Assembly (NCBI GenBank): GCA_020891255.1
Contig: BQFW01000010.1
Coordinates: forward strand, 310,001-374,000
Length of the DNA: 64,000 nt
Direction: 5' to 3'
From: Entomortierella parvispora E1425
Lineage: Eukaryota; Fungi; Mortierellomycota
The notes under the pieces were generated by a model. That model was not told the origin of the DNA, did not search any database, and saw only the letters and a list, made by a program, of their open reading frames with translations. Numbering within the stretch: position 1 is the stretch's first letter; each line of letters starts with the position of its first letter. The translations under genes and the position numbers were made by a program. Of this stretch, positions 22,655 through 37,036 are shown one piece after another.

Positions 22655-24824
22655 TTACATGCGGTCTGACTGATTTACTCGTGGGTCGTTGCCCTGATCC
22701 TGGCTCTGAGCCATGGATTGCATTGGGGGCGCCACTTGAAGGCGGCGGCGAGGCTGCGAATCCAAAACCACAACGGGCGGTGGGGCGGGTCGGTCGTAGC
22801 GGACGGTGTTCTGCTGCATGGGCTGCTGGTGCTGTTGCTGAGGAGTATACAGCGTGTTGTATTTCTAGGGTTCCAAGAGTTTAAAAGAGTCAGTTTTGCA
22901 AATACAAACATGATCATCATTAAAAATGACAGGATGAATCAATTGGGAGTTCCGTACCTGCTCCTGTGGTGGGGGTAGTGGTTGGTGCTGCTGTTGAGTT
23001 GGCGCATCGTTCATGGCCATCTGCTGACTGCGAGTTCCCTCCTTTTCCTAATAATGAGGACGAATTAGGTATCAGTGGCCGCTACTAATCGGACACGGTT
23101 TTCACAGCTATCTCTGCCCCTCAGACTTACATATTTGTAAATGGTCCAGTCAAAAACATAGTCGTACTGGAAGCCCTCGCGAACAAAGAGGTCACGGAAG
23201 AGCTTGCGCAGGTAAGAATAATCAGGCTTGTCGTCAAAACGGAGAGAACGCACATAGTTGAGGTAGATCGAAAACTCTTGAGGGAATCCCCGGCAGAGAA
23301 TATCTGTAGATGTAGTCATCTTTTTCTCCATGATACGATCGTATTTCTGCTTCTTGGTCGCCGCCTTCAATCCCTGCCATGGAAGTGATCCTCTGCAAAA
23401 ATACATCATCACATATGACAACGATTCCAAATCATCGCGACGGGATTGTTCTAGAGCAGTAGCCAGAAATGTAAATCAGTAACATCCTCGAGACGGTAAG
23501 CAGGGTCTATTCCAATGCAAGCCAAGACATTTGCAACACAAATGCATACCAACTCCAAGATGGGTGTTGATACTGGCGTAACGGGCGGTTCCTGTCAGGT
23601 TCTTGTTTTCCCTGTAAGGGATGTGAAGATGACTCTTTGGGTCGCGGTACTTCTTTGCCAGTCCGAAATCAATGACATAGACCTGGTTGCCACGCTTGCC
23701 AATGCCCATCAAGAAGTTGTCGGGCTTAATATCGCGATGAATGAAGTTCTTAGAGTGGATATATTCGATGCGAGAAATCTAGATATGGGATAAAGAGGCG
23801 TTTGCAGAAAACCTGTTAGGTCAGACACAGCTAAGACTTTGCTTCCAAAAGACAACAAAACAGTAACAGGCTTACCAATTGATCGGCAAGCAAGAGTACT
23901 GTCTTCAGCGAAAACTTCCTGCTGCAGAAATTGAACAGGTCCTCCAAACTGGGTCCAAGCAGGTCCATCACCATGGCGTTGTAATCGCATTCCGTTCCGA
24001 ACCAGCGAATAAAGGGGATGCCGATACCACCGGCCAACGTCTTGTACACTCGTGCTTCATATTCCAGCTGTGGATGCTTTGCTTTGATGGACTCCAGTTT
24101 GATGGCAACTTCTTCGCCATTGACGATACTTGTGCCTATAAGAGCAAGATCAAAAAAACGGTAGTCAGTCAAATCGGTCCACGATCGGCTCCTTTCCATC
24201 CAAGAATGTGAGCCAGGAGGTATCCGTGACGAGATTTCAGACAGCTCAATCAATAAAAGAGAAAAAAAGAACCAGCACAAATGCGTTGCGCGGTACGTCT
24301 GAGCCATTTGCATGCCAATTTATGAGCCATGACAATACGCTCAAAGTATGACCTTCGAGCGAAACATATGGAGCTTCCAGCTAGGCCATGCATATGCGCA
24401 GGCTGGCATTGGAAAAATTCAATAAAGAGCGCACAGAAATTATCATGCAAAGATACACCGGCATTGTCCGATATCAGCTGGCAAGCCATTGATTCCAGAG
24501 ACAAGGCGGCCTCAAGCGTGGGCGCCAACATCGGCAATAGATAGTGATCTTTAACCAAAGCAGTTTAGATGGGGGTGGGGGGGGGGGGGAAGGTCCACAT
24601 GTGTTACGTATGCAACAATGGCTGTGCCCAGCTGCCGATGGAATGGGCCGTCAGCTGGTCAAAGCAATGACAAAGCCGAAAAAAGAAATGGAGCAAAAGA
24701 AAAAAAGCATGCTTCAAATGCTGTCTAGAGAGAAGGAGCTTTGCTTACCGAGATAGATGTCTCCAAAGGAGCCAGAGCCAATCTTGCGGCCGATTCTGTA
24801 CTTGTTTCCTACTCGCAGTTCCAT
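22655..24824 (-). CDS. HRR25: Casein kinase I (CK1 delta/epsilon type, Hrr25/Hhp1), 6 exons
   Basis: Exons 24824-24749, 24135-23876, 23778-23550, 23450-23131, 23047-22958, 22864-22655. Motifs: [89 protein letters not shown], plus a Q/P-rich tail. An alternative in-frame ATG lies at 24830. Confidence 0.95.
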
Positions 24825-27328
24825 GGTCATTGGTTCAGACTCGTGATGGGGTGCGGAATGAGGCGGCGCAACTGATGGGAAGCTGTTGTTGCTCTGCTGA
24901 AAGGGTGGGTTGCAGATGAGCTGTAAGTTGAGATGGCACAATCAGATGGTCAGCTAAGGAGACTAAAAAAAGGATTGGGATCAGACGAGGTTGATTGACA
25001 GAGAGGATGGGGGGGGGATAAGAGTAGGAGGAGGGGAAAAGGAAGAGGAGAAAAGAAAAAAGCGAATTGTCGCAAAGGATGAGCACGCAAAAGACTTGCT
25101 GGCTATGACAGCAACGAGAGGGGAAAAAAGGAGAGGAAAAATCAGCCAGAGAGGAATCAAAAACAAGAGAAAAAAAACCACCCTCTGGCTCGTACCCATC
25201 CTCAAATCCATATCCATGTCCATATCCACCCTTTTGTTGGCTGAGGAACCAGAGAACACAAGCCTGTGGGAGCAGAGCAACGCCGTCATGGAAGACGGCC
25301 AAGGCTTTTCGCAGCAAAGTGAGCAGCGCTGAGAGGGCAAGAGGTGGTGACAAAAAGAGCTGAGGGGTCGAGCCATGCCCCAAGAGGAGCAACAAAGGGT
25401 CAATGCCCCATTTGTTTCGACTCTTTGGCCCTGGGGAGTAAGAGCGATCTGTAAAGAGCCGTATTTGCTGCCACAGAACCACAGAAGGTGAGCAAAGGGG
25501 ACGGGTCCAGGGAAGGTCACACACTCTTCTTTCTTTGCATGATGGACCAACTGCACCGAATGATATTATGACCAGACGCCTTTCTTTTGCCACTCTTTCT
25601 TTTGGAGTCAACGCCAACTGCCCGCAACGCAATCGCAAATCACCAGGCAGTGGAGGAGGAAAGGAGATGCGACAAGAAATATAAATATCATTGCCGCGTC
25701 AGTAAAGAAACGAACGGAGCACACAAGGGGAAGGACACAAGGAAGGAAAGGAAGGGAAGGAAAGGGAAACGAGAATGGGAGGAGGTCCCAAGGTAAGAAG
25801 GAGGCGAGGGCGAACCTCTGCAACTGTCGCTTAATCCTTCGGGTGAGTGGGTCTTCGGAGACCAAGCAAGGGTCAGGTCGCCATGGTCATAAAATTATCG
25901 ACAGCATGCCTCCTCCAAACAAACACACAGCTGTGGAGTAGCAGGGAGTAGGGGGTGAAGATGGAGGTTGAGTATGGGTAGGCGTGGAAGGTCAATGAGG
26001 GATCAGCTGATCGTCTCCTTCGGTATGTCCGCCCTTCCCCCCTTCATCCCCTTGCTTCGTTCTCCTTTGGTTTTGTGCATGCTGACCGAGTCGCCCATCC
26101 ATTCATCCATCCACCCAACCAGCGAACCCAGCACCAGTAAGCCAAGTGCATCACGGCAAAGGTCAGGAACACCAACATGCTGCCAGGTGTTCAGTGTTCA
26201 TCATCACCCTGTGGACCGAGAGCCGGCTCCTCTTCCACATCACCCACTGGCGCTCCCACAAGAGTAAAAAAAGATAAATAGCCTTCAAACACAAAAAATG
26301 AAAACGCGCGAAACAACGCCATCACAGCCACGGGGACGTCACTGGCTGGCTGCCACATACCATGAACACAACAGGGGGTAGATGAGGGATTAAATTGGAA
26401 TGGGGATGGTTGGACAACAACCATCCTGGGTGATTATGGGAAGGGTTGCGAGGAAGGTGAGGTGATCATTTGCACCACAGAGCCTTTGACGAAAAAAGGG
26501 ACAATCACGCATTGAAAACGAGCCTAGTTAGTAACCTACTGTTGGTTTTTGGTGGATAGGACGGCAAAGGAGTGAGAGATGAGGATAGAATACGATGCAA
26601 AGGGGGTGTGATGAGGATGGAGAGCGAGACAGATGACAAGGGGCGAGGAGGTGAAGGAAGAGGAGGAAGAGATGATGGCAGCCAGCGGACAGGAGGGCAG
26701 CGAGATGAAAAGTGTGTGTCTGTCTGTCTGTGTGGTGCCGCAGGGCCTGATTTCCACACGATTTGTGTGTGTGATTGGACCGAAGCATCCAAAAAAATGA
26801 ACTATGTTGTCACTGTATTTAGAATCATCGTTGAGACTGCGCTGCATCTGATCCGCTGTGAAGGCAGTCCACAGAGTAAACATTAGGGACTGCGTTTCTA
26901 GCTGACCTTTTTTTCTTTTTTTTTTTCTTTGAAAGGGACAAAGCAAAAAGCAGGCAAAAGAACGCAGAACTGGATAGGCAAAGGGACCGCTTCTTTTTTC
27001 TCTTTGTCCCTTCTCTCTCACTTTCATCCCGCTGCATCATTGCTTTTCTGTCCTCTCTCTCGGCAACCTGATCATCGATTCCTCCCTCGATTCACTCCTT
27101 TGCCTGGAAGACATTTGAAAAGATATCCTCCCCCCCACCCTTCTCCTCGCCATCCCCTTCTCTTTTTATTTGTATTGCATTCACTCCATTCATTGCATAG
27201 CATAACAGCATAGCATCGCATCTATTTTTTTCCTTTCCTTTCCTTTTCCCTTGTATCGCCCACAAAGACTTTGACAATCCATATCAAGGTCTTTCCAAAC
27301 CTCACTTCCTATAATATCTTTAACCATC

Positions 27329-30300
27329 ATGTCGTCAACAAAAGAGTTCAAGGCTCCCGTGACAAAGCGGAAGCAAAAAGAAGAGGAGGACTTTCCCCGT
27401 GGAGGTGCCTCGGGCTTGACCCCTCTCGAATACAAGGAAGTCGCACACCAAGCCGACTCCTCCCTTTTCTCTGTATGAATCACACGTTCAAGGTTCTATG
27501 CCTTTGTCTTCAAGCCAAGGTTTCGTTGAACTAACCGACGTGTCCAATGTATCTAGGAACCTGGAAAGACCGCCACCACCGAGAGTGGAGAGCCTCTCAA
27601 GAAGAAGCGCAAGCCTACCAAGAAGCCCGTCAGCAATGTCACAAACTTTGAAAACACTTTCGATAAGAAGCAGCTTAATGTCGAGATTCTGTCCTTCAAG
27701 GTACGGCACAGGTCTTTGGTGGCATTACGGGTTCAGCGCCGTAGATCACCTACTTACTTTTTCTCGATCTCTCTACTGCCCTTGACATTTAGCGCCTTAC
27801 TGAGGGAACCAAGGTTCTTGGATGCATCAGCGCAATTGGACGATCTCGCGACAGTGATCTTCCTGAATTGGTTGTTGCTCTCCCCAACAACCTCACTGGA
27901 TACGTCAATATCGCTGAAATCTCGGACGAGTTGATTCAAAATGCTGGCGACACTCTCCCTGATCTTAGCTCCATGTTTTTCATTGGCCAGTGGGTTCAAT
28001 GCGTCATTATTGGATTGCAACAAGGTGCCACCGGAGGAACTGCTGCTTCGGGTACTGACAAGCACAGGCGTAAAGTCATCTTGAGCATGAAGCCTTTCAT
28101 CGTCAATGCTGGTGTTAAGCCCGCCGATATCGCTACCGGAACTGTAAGATCTAGGATTCAGAATGACTGTTGAGAATGAGTTTGAGTAGATTCGATTCTA
28201 ACAGCTATTTTTTCACCTTTGTAGATCATTGCTGGAGCTGTTCAGAGCGTGGAGGATCACGGCTACATTGTGTCTCTTGGAATGAATGGAATGCATGGAT
28301 TCCTCAAGAACTCGGAGGCAAAGATGTACCAGCGAATCAAAAACAACGACAAGCCCCTGTCTGAGGGCCAGGTTCTGGCTTTCAGCGTTGTTTCAGTCGA
28401 TGGCAACAAGAAGACAGTCCAGCTCACTGTGGACGCCATGAAGGTGTCCAAGGCGTTGGTGAGTAGCATCTCTGATACTTTAAAAAAAAAACGAATAATG
28501 GCGTACAATAGTCAAGTGTTCTAATTAAGCGCCTTGTCTTCAATTATTCTTAGCTTGGCGACAAGTTCGCTTACTCAGAAATCAGCTCTATCATGCCTGG
28601 AAATGTCATCGAGGCCCACATCACTGGAATTCAGGACATTGGTGCCCTTTGCAAGTTCATGGGTCATTTTGATGCCACCATTGATTACTTCCACACCTCG
28701 AAGGGCTTGATCACTTCCAAGAAGGACTTGGAAGAGACTTTCAAGATCAACGACAAGGTCCGCGCCAGAGTTTTGTACATTGATCTCGCCAGCACACCCA
28801 CCAGGATCGGACTCTCGAATGCCAAACATGTCATGGGATTGACGCAGCCCAGCACAACTGAGGAGCAGATCGGCGCCAAGGTCTACCCCGGAAACGCCAT
28901 CCCAGTTGGAAAGACTTTTGACACTATCACTGTCAAGCGTGTCGACGCTCGTCATGGACTTCTGTGCACTATTGACGGCACGGATATTCCTGGATACGTC
29001 CATATCTCCCGTGTTTCAGATGAGCATCTTGCCACCATCTCTGCCACTGGAAAGCACCGTGTGGACTCGACCCATCGTGGAGTTGTTCTTGGATATGACC
29101 CCGTTGATGGCCTGTTCCAGCTGAGCTTGCAGCAGGCCATGTTGGACGAGCCTTTCTTGCGTGTCGAGGATATCAAGGTTGGATCAGTCCTCAAGGGAAC
29201 CGTTTTCAAGAAGACTGATAAGGGAGTCGTGGTTCAGCTGACAAAGACCATTCGTGGTTTTGTTCCCCTCATTCACTGCGTGGACTCTGTCATTACTAGC
29301 AGCACTAAGAAGCATGTGGATGAAAAGTTCCAGGAGGGCAAGCCTGTCAAGTGCAGAGTTCTCTCCACTGACCCTGTGGAAGGCAAGGTTACATTGACCT
29401 GCAAGACCACTTTGGTCACCAGCAAGAACCCCATTATCACATCCTTCGGCGATGTCACCCCTGGCACACTTTCTGAGGGTGTCATCCTCAAGACTAACGC
29501 CCACGGCTGTATTGTTTCCTTTTACAACAACATCAAGGCGTTTGCTCACATTTCCCAGCTTCAGGAAGCCCATGTCACCAACCTCAACATCTTCCAGCCC
29601 GGTCAGGTCAAGACCTGCAGAGTCTTGGAGGTCGACCCTGAAGCTCAGACCATGAAGGTTTCATTCAAGGTAGGGATTTTGCGTCTATGTTTTAAGTGTT
29701 ATCAGTTTTATATGTATATTGCAAACATACTGACCCCAATTTTTTCCTCTTTCAATAGAAATCGTCCGAAATCGACCTCAGCAACATTGCCGTTGGATCG
29801 CTCCAGAAGGGAAAGATTGTCACCATCAAGAAGGATATTATCCATATCACCTTGAAGCCCTCAGAAGTCAAGGCGGTTCTTCCCGTTGGACATCTTTCTG
29901 ACCATCTCGGTGAGCAGGCTGATCGCATCTACAAGAGCTTGAAGGAGGGCATGGTCCTCTCTGACCTTGTTGTTCTTAACAAGGATGAAACTCGCGGCTC
30001 AGTCTTGGTCAGCAAGAAGCCCCTTTTGGTTCTCGCTTCCAAGGAGAACAAGTTGATCACTGAGCGCAAGCAGGTCAAGGTTGACCATATTTACCCCGCC
30101 TCGGTTCGTCAGGTTGCTACCTTTGGTGTGTTTGTCGAGTTTTGCGGTGGAGTCGATGCTCTGGCCCTCAAGAGTGGGTTGTCTGACATGTCAGACACCA
30201 CCTTTGTCAAGGACCAGTCCATTTTGGTCAAGGTTACCAAGATTGATCCTGCCGATGGCAAGATCCAGGTGACCTTGAAGCCCTCCGAGATTGGATATGA

Positions 30301-33145
30301 GGGTGACTCGATCCACTTCCAGGGCGAGTTCCTCTCCTCCTACTTCAAGCAATTGGAGCGCTTGGCAAAGCAGACCAACTCTGCTCTTGCTGTAGGCGCC
30401 TGCACCACTGTCGAGGTCAAGGCTGTCACTGCTGATCACTGGACTGTTGCCTATGGTAACGACGAATCTGGCCAGATTTCTGCCGAGCAGACCAAGGGTA
30501 AGGGCAAGGCTGGCGCCAAGTTCCCTGCCAAGGTCTTGGATGTTGATTTCGAAAAGGGAACTGTGGACTTTACCATTAAGGATTCGCTGTTGACTGCCGA
30601 GGAAACCAAGGGAGCCGAGGCTGGAAAGTTTTCGTCCGCCAATGCTGCTAAGGATCTTTCCAAGCTCAAGGAGCTTCAGAAATCCCAGGAGGCTTTCGAG
30701 GCTGTGGTCGAGTTGGTCAAGGAAGATTATGTTGTGCTCTCGATTCCCCAGGTCAACAACATGATTGCCTTTGCCGCCACCCGCTCTTACAACAACAGAC
30801 GGGATCGCTTCATTAGCTACAAGGTCGGTGAGAAGGTCCGCGTGTTGGCTGCTCATGTCCCCAAGTCTCAGGGCAAGGGTCAAACAGCCGAGCGTGTTGT
30901 CGTTGTCATTGAGCAGGCTGTGGCTGTCAAGAACGGTGCCTCCAAGGACTCGAAGAAGGTTGCTCTCAGCGCCGTTCACTCGTTTGAGGATGTCTTGGAG
31001 GGTGAGCTTACCAGCGGTCGCATCTCTGGTGTTCAACATACTGGATTGAACGTCCACTTGGGAGGAAAGGTCTACGGTCACATCCACGTCTCCGACATCG
31101 CCGATACTTATGCCTCTGCGGATGAGTTGTTGAAGGGCTTTAAGAAGGGACAGGTCGTCAAGTGCTACGTTCTCCGTGTTGACAGCAGCAACAAGAAGAT
31201 TGACCTTTCGCTCCGTCCTTCTCGTCTCTCGCCTGAGAGCCACTCCATTGTTCGTGATCCCGAGGTCAAGAGCATCAAGGATCTCACTGCTGGAAGCATC
31301 TTCCAGGGCTTTGTCAGCAACGTCGCTGACAAGGGTCTCTTTGTTGCTTTGAGCCACAAGGTTAGCGCTCGCGTCAAGATTGCCGAGCTTTCTGATGATT
31401 ATCTCAAGGACTGGAAGAGCCACTTCACTGTTGGTCAATTGGTCAAGGCCAAGGTCGTCAGTGTGAACGAAGCCCGTAACCAGGTTGAGTTGACTCTCAA
31501 GGCCAGCCAAATCGATCCTAGCATCAAGGCCAATAAGACCTTGGCTGACTTCACCAAGGGTGAGAAGGTCAAGGGTACAATCAAGGCTGTCAAGGATATC
31601 GGTGTCTTCATCAAGATTGACAACAGCATGGTCAGCGGTCTCTGCCACATCTCTGAAATTTCCGAAAACCACGTGCCCGATGTTTCCAAGCTCTACGCTG
31701 TTGGCGATCCCGTCAAGGCCAAGATTCTGGACATTGACCTCGAGAAGAAGCGCATCTCTTTCGGCTTGAAGTCCTCTTACTTTGAGGAGGCTGACGCTGA
31801 GGAGGGTGTGGAGGACTCTGAGGACGAGGGTGTCGAGGCTGAGGACGAGGATGAGGAGATGGAGGATGCTAGCGATGAGGACATTATCATGGCTGACGAC
31901 GACTCTGATGTTTCTGACGATGATGAGGATGAAGAGGATGAGGATGTCGAGAACATCTTTGCTGGTCACGACAGTGATTCTGATGAGGCTGAGGAGGAGG
32001 ATGAAGATACCAAGGCCGGCGATGACGACAGCGATGTCGAGATGTCGGAAGCCGCCCCTCTCGCTGTTTCTTCAGGATTCAACTGGGATGGCAAGGATGA
32101 TGCCGAGGATTCCAAGAGCCAAGCATCTGACTCTGAGGACGATTCGGATGATGAAGTCTCCAACAAGAAGAAGAAGGCCAAGAAGCAGGCCGCTGTTGTG
32201 AGCGATGATACCGCTGATCTGGAGTCTCAGGCACCTCAGATCTCGTCCGATTACGAGCGTCTCTTGCTCGGATCGCCCAACTCTTCTTACCTCTGGATCA
32301 ACTACATGGCTTTCCAGCTTCAGTTGTCCGAGATCCAGAAGGCTCGTGAGATTGGTCAGCGTGCGCTCAAGACGATCAGTTTCAGAGAGGAGCAAGAAAA
32401 GATGAACGTCTGGGTGGCTTTGATGAACTTGGAGAACACTTTTGGCAGTGCTGATACTTTGGAGGAAGTTTTCAAGAATGCTGTCCAAACGTGTGAACCC
32501 AAGAAGGTCTACCTTCAGTTGGTCAAGATCTACGAGCGATCCAACAAGATTGACGTAAGTGGTGCACACATTTTTTTTTTTTTTTTTTTTTTTTTGGAAT
32601 TTGCCAACTCCACGTCCCGAATCCATTATTAATCTCCATCGCTTATTTTTCTTCTTCTCCTTTAGCGTGCTACCGAGTTGTACAACACCATGACAAAGAA
32701 GTTTGGTCAGAGTTCAAAGGTGTGGACCGGATTCGGTCATTTCCAGCTTCACCATGGCAACTTGGAGTCTGGACGCGAGTTGTTGCAGCGCAGTTTGAAG
32801 TCTTTGCCCAAGCGTAAGCACATCAAGACGATCTCCAAGTTTGCTCAGTTGGAGTTCAAGTATGGCGAGCCTGAGCGTGGTCGTACGATCTTTGAGGGAG
32901 TGATGAGCAATTACCCCAAGAGAATCGATCTGTGGTCGGTCTATATCGATATGGAGGTCCGGAACGGTGAGCAAGATGCTGTCCGCCGCTTGTTTGCCCG
33001 TGTTGTGTCTCTCAAGTTGTCGTCCAAGAAGATGAAGTTCTTCTTCAAGAAATGGCTGGCCTACGAGAAGGACAATGGCGATGAGGAGCATATCGAGGAG
33101 GTGAAGAGGAGGGCCATGGCCTATGTTGAGTCATTATCGGCTTAA
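27329..33145 (+). CDS. RRP5: rRNA biogenesis protein Rrp5 (S1 repeats + HAT repeats), 7 exons
   Basis: Exons 27329-27472, 27557-27700, 27793-28143, 28225-28458, 28554-29669, 29759-32554, 32666-33145. It has the N-terminal DFPRGG motif, many S1 domains, an acidic linker, and the C-terminal DYERLLLGSPNSSYLWINYMAFQL...ARGIGQR-like/KTISFREEQEKMNVWVALMNLEN and KFAQLEFKYGEPERGRTIFE HAT repeats. Confidence 0.95.
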
Positions 33146-33445
33146 GTTTCCTGTCTTCTTTTGCATGGTTGTTAGAGTGCAACAGAGAGGAGGAAGACAT
33201 CAAAAAATATCATCATTTGCATTTCAGAATAAAATATCATTTTCGCGTTTAGTTTATTCCAGGTATTTTTAACATGTGACTAGAGATCTAAGCCTCCGCC
33301 ACAAGGCATTCATTCAAATCGCCTTCGCCTTCCAGTTCCTCTCATTCATTGTCACCACAACTTCTTGACTGGACCGTCTGGACTCTACTGTACCGAGGGA
33401 CAATTACCCCAACGGAGCACCGCAAACAGCCACTACGAAACGAAC

Positions 33446-36400
33446 ATGGATTCACAGGAACTCAAGCGATGGGTTTCAGACACGTCCATCAAGGTCCTGG
33501 GCATGTCAGATGTCAGCACTCGAGACTTTCTCATCGCCTGTGGTAATGCATCGCCTTTGCCCTGAACCCTTGACGCTGTGCGCCTTTCATTCATGGACCC
33601 GGCACTGACGTTCCTTCTGTCTGTCTTTTTTTTTATCTCTATGAACAGCACAATCTGCAAAATCGCCCGCCGATCTGATGAATTCTCTCCAGGCCATGGA
33701 TATTCCTGCCAATGCCAGCACGCAGTCCTTTGTCCAGGAACTTTACAAACGCACACCCCGATCCTCTTCTTCAGGGTCCCGGAAATCTGGAAGTAGTGGT
33801 GCTGGATCTGAGGCGGCTAAAAAGAAGCGACAGGAAGAAGCTGCGGCGTTGAAGCTCTTGGAGATGAATGACTCTTATGGGTTGCTGATCGACGACGAAG
33901 CCCCCGTCAAAGAAAAGAAGAAGAAGAGCAGCAAAAAAGACAAGGAGCCCAAGGATTCCAAAGACGCTTCCGAAAAGGACAAGGATCGGAAACGTGAAAA
34001 GAAGTTCCGGAGAAAGGATGATACCGAAGATGCCTGGGGCACCGATGAGGAAGGAAATGAATACAAGCGACGAAAGAGAGAGGATATGGAACGCGCTTCT
34101 CGGCCCGTCAAGACGGAAGGTAATGTTGATAGAACTGCATTTCCAGTCGGTTAAAAAGGATGACAACCAGGCATGAGGTGGAGATTGATGGCATCAAATC
34201 ACTAACGCTGAATTTTTACATTTTCTACATTTTCCTTATTAACAGAGGAGCTTGAGGAAGAACGCTTGGAACTGGAGCGGGAAAGAGATATTCGAGAACG
34301 TGATGAATTCGAAAACCGACTCAGGAACAAGGATGACGGAAAGACCAAGAAGTTGGTCGAGGATCGATCGTCCAAATCAGATTCCCGAAGAAACTTGGCA
34401 GATGATCCCGAGGCCAGGAGGGCTGCAGTATCGTCATTACGTGAACGTGCTCGTCAGGAGTATCTTGGAAAGCGAGAGGAGATTCAGATTGAAAAGCTGA
34501 GACTCAAGATTCGTGATGAGGAGCAACTCTTTGATGCCAGCGAGTTGACAAAGAAGGAACGCGAGGATCTCGAATACAAGAAGGAGCTCTTGCGACTGGC
34601 TGAGGAACGTATGAGTATCAAGGACACCTACGATGGATACCATATGCCAGAGGACTATATCACAGAAAAGGGCAAGATGGATAGCAAGAAGAAGCACGAC
34701 GCCCTTTACAAACGGTACGAGGAAGAGCCTGGCAAGGAGTTTATATCTGAACAGGATCAGTGGGAGCAACAGCAAGTCAAGGCAACACGTCAGCATTCCA
34801 CCCGCAAGTCTGACATCAAGGAAGGAGCCGAGATGGAGTACGAATATGTCTTTGACGACCAAAATATCGATTTTATCATCGAGAAGCAGCAAGAGACCAA
34901 GGAGCGCGAAGCCGAGGAACTGGTAGAGAGGATTGAGGAACTGGAGCGCAAGGACATGTCCATCAAACAAGTGCGAGAGTCACTGCCTATTTACCAGTAC
35001 CGCCAGGAGCTTTTGGATGCAATCGAGGAACATCAGGTCTTGATTATCGTCGGAGAGACAGGATCGGGAAAAACAACCCAGCTGCCACAATACCTCTATG
35101 AGGCAGGATACACCAAGAAAGGGATGAAGATTGGTTGTACACAGCCCCGTCGTGTTGCTGCTATGAGTGTTGCTGCTCGTGTGGCGGAGGAGATGGGAGT
35201 CAAGCTGGGACATGAAGTTGGATACTCGATTCGTTTCGAGGACTACACCAGTGAGAAGACCGTTATGAAGTACATGACGGACGGCATGTTGCTCCGTGAG
35301 TTTATGAGTGAGCCCGACTTGGCCGGATACAGCTGTCTGATCATCGACGAGGCCCACGAGCGGACACTTCACACGGATATCTTGTTCGGACTCATCAAGG
35401 ATATTGCTCGTCTTCGGACGGATCTCAAAGTTTTGATTTCCAGTGCCACCATGGATGCAGACAAGTTTGCAGACTATTTTGATGGTGCACCAAAGTTTTA
35501 TATTCCTGGACGACCTTTCCCAGTCGAGGTGCATTATACTGCGTCACCCGAAGCCAACTATCTTGCAGCCGCAATCACGACCGTAATGCAGATTCACATC
35601 TCTCAGGGGCCCGGCGACATCCTGGTGTTCTTGACGGGTCAAGATGAGATCGAGAATGCAGAAGAGAACCTAAAGCAAACATGCAAAGTACTAGGAGACA
35701 GGATTCAGGAGCTCATCATATGTCCGATTTATTCGTCTTTACCCTCGGATATGCAGGGCAAGATTTTCGCACCTGCTCCAGAGGGCACCCGAAAAGTCGT
35801 ACTGGCAACCAATATTGCTGAGACCTCCCTTACGATCGATGGAGTCAAGTACGTGATCGACCCTGGATTCTCCAAGATGTTAAGTTACAACCCCAAGACT
35901 GGTATGGAGTCTCTTGTTGTCACGCCATGCTCTCGTGCTTCTGCCAACCAGCGCAAGGGCCGTGCAGGACGTGTGGGACCTGGCAAGTGTTTCCGTCTCT
36001 ACACTCAATGGGCGTACTATAACGAACTGGAGGAGAACACAGTACCCGAGATCCAACGTATCAACTTGACATCTGTGGTTCTGACTCTGAAGTCATTGGG
36101 CATTAATGACATTATCGGATTTGAGTTCATGGATCCTCCTCCAGCGGAGACGTTGATGCGCGCACTGGAACAGCTTTACGCCTTGGGAGCTTTGAACGAC
36201 AAGGGTCAGCTGACAAAACTGGGACGAAGAATGGCTGAATTTCCTGGCGACCCAATGTTGGCCAAGACGTTGATTATGGGCGAAAAGTATAAGTGCACGG
36301 AAGAGATTGCGTCCATTGTCGCCATGCTGTCGGTCCAAAATGCCCTGTTTTATCGACCCAAGGACAAGAAGGTTCATGCAGACAAGGCGCGACAGAACTT

Positions 36401-36929
36401 GACGCGGCCTGGAGGCGACCATCTGACACTTTTGAACATCTGGAACCAGTGGGTGGAGGAAAACTACTCGATCCCATGGTGCTACGACAACTTTTTGCAA
36501 CATCGATCAATGACTCGAGCCCGAGATGTGCGCGATCAGATGGTGGGGCTCATGGAGAGGACAGAAGTGGCGATGGTCTCCAACCCGAACCCCAACGACA
36601 CCACCAACATCCGGAAAGCAATCACTTCTGGATTTTTCTACAATGCGGCCAAGTTGACAAGGTCAGGGGACTCCTACAGGACGGTAAAGAGCAACCAGAC
36701 GGTTATGATTCATCCTAGCAGTTCGCTATACCAAATCAACCCGCGCTGGGTAGTTTATTTTGAGCTGGTCCTCACAAGCAAGGAGTTTATGAGAATTGTC
36801 ATGGAGATTGAGTCCGAGTGGTTGATGGAGGTAGCACCACACTATTACAAGAGCAAGGACCTTGACGACGATAGCAAAAAGAAGATGCCCAAGGGACAAG
36901 GCATGGCCCGGATTGAGCCACCGCGCTAA
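33446..36929 (+). CDS. DHX16: Pre-mRNA splicing DEAH-box RNA helicase, DHX16/Prp2/Cdc28 type, 3 exons
   Basis: Exons 33446-33542, 33649-34119, 34246-36929. Motifs GETGSGKTTQ, TQPRRVAA, DEAHER, SAT, TNIAETSLT, QRKGRAGR, HA2 and OB-fold regions. The N-terminal ARQEYL.KRE and acidic region fit DHX16 rather than Prp16/22/43. Confidence 0.9.
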
Positions 36930-36982
36930 GGCTAAAGGCCAAAATAAAATTAAAAAAAAAACGGAGTGCTTGGAGAAGGTCA

Positions 36983-37009
36983 CATCCTTCATCCTTCATC
37001 TCATCCCTT
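36983..37009 (+). promoter_or_regulatory. (CATCCTT)n tract just upstream of F-box B1
   Basis: catcctt catcctt catct catccctt. The same unit lies upstream of B2 and B3. Any regulatory role is inferred. Confidence 0.5.
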
Positions 37010-37036
37010 GTGTAATCGGCTTCTATTGAATTCACA

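Noticed and set aside
27195-27235. PAC/RRPE-like ribosome-biogenesis motifs upstream of RRP5
   Set aside because: Only partial matches (gcatcgcatc, T-run) are present, and these yeast motifs are not established for this lineage.
24835-27280. ORFs in the CK1-RRP5 divergent intergenic region
   Set aside because: They are compositionally biased, short and mutually overlapping, most consistent with promoter or UTR sequence.
30191-31969. 592-aa antisense ORF
   Set aside because: It is a shadow of RRP5's strongly biased codon usage. The same applies to other antisense ORFs over RRP5, DHX16 (34437-35534) and the YTH gene.
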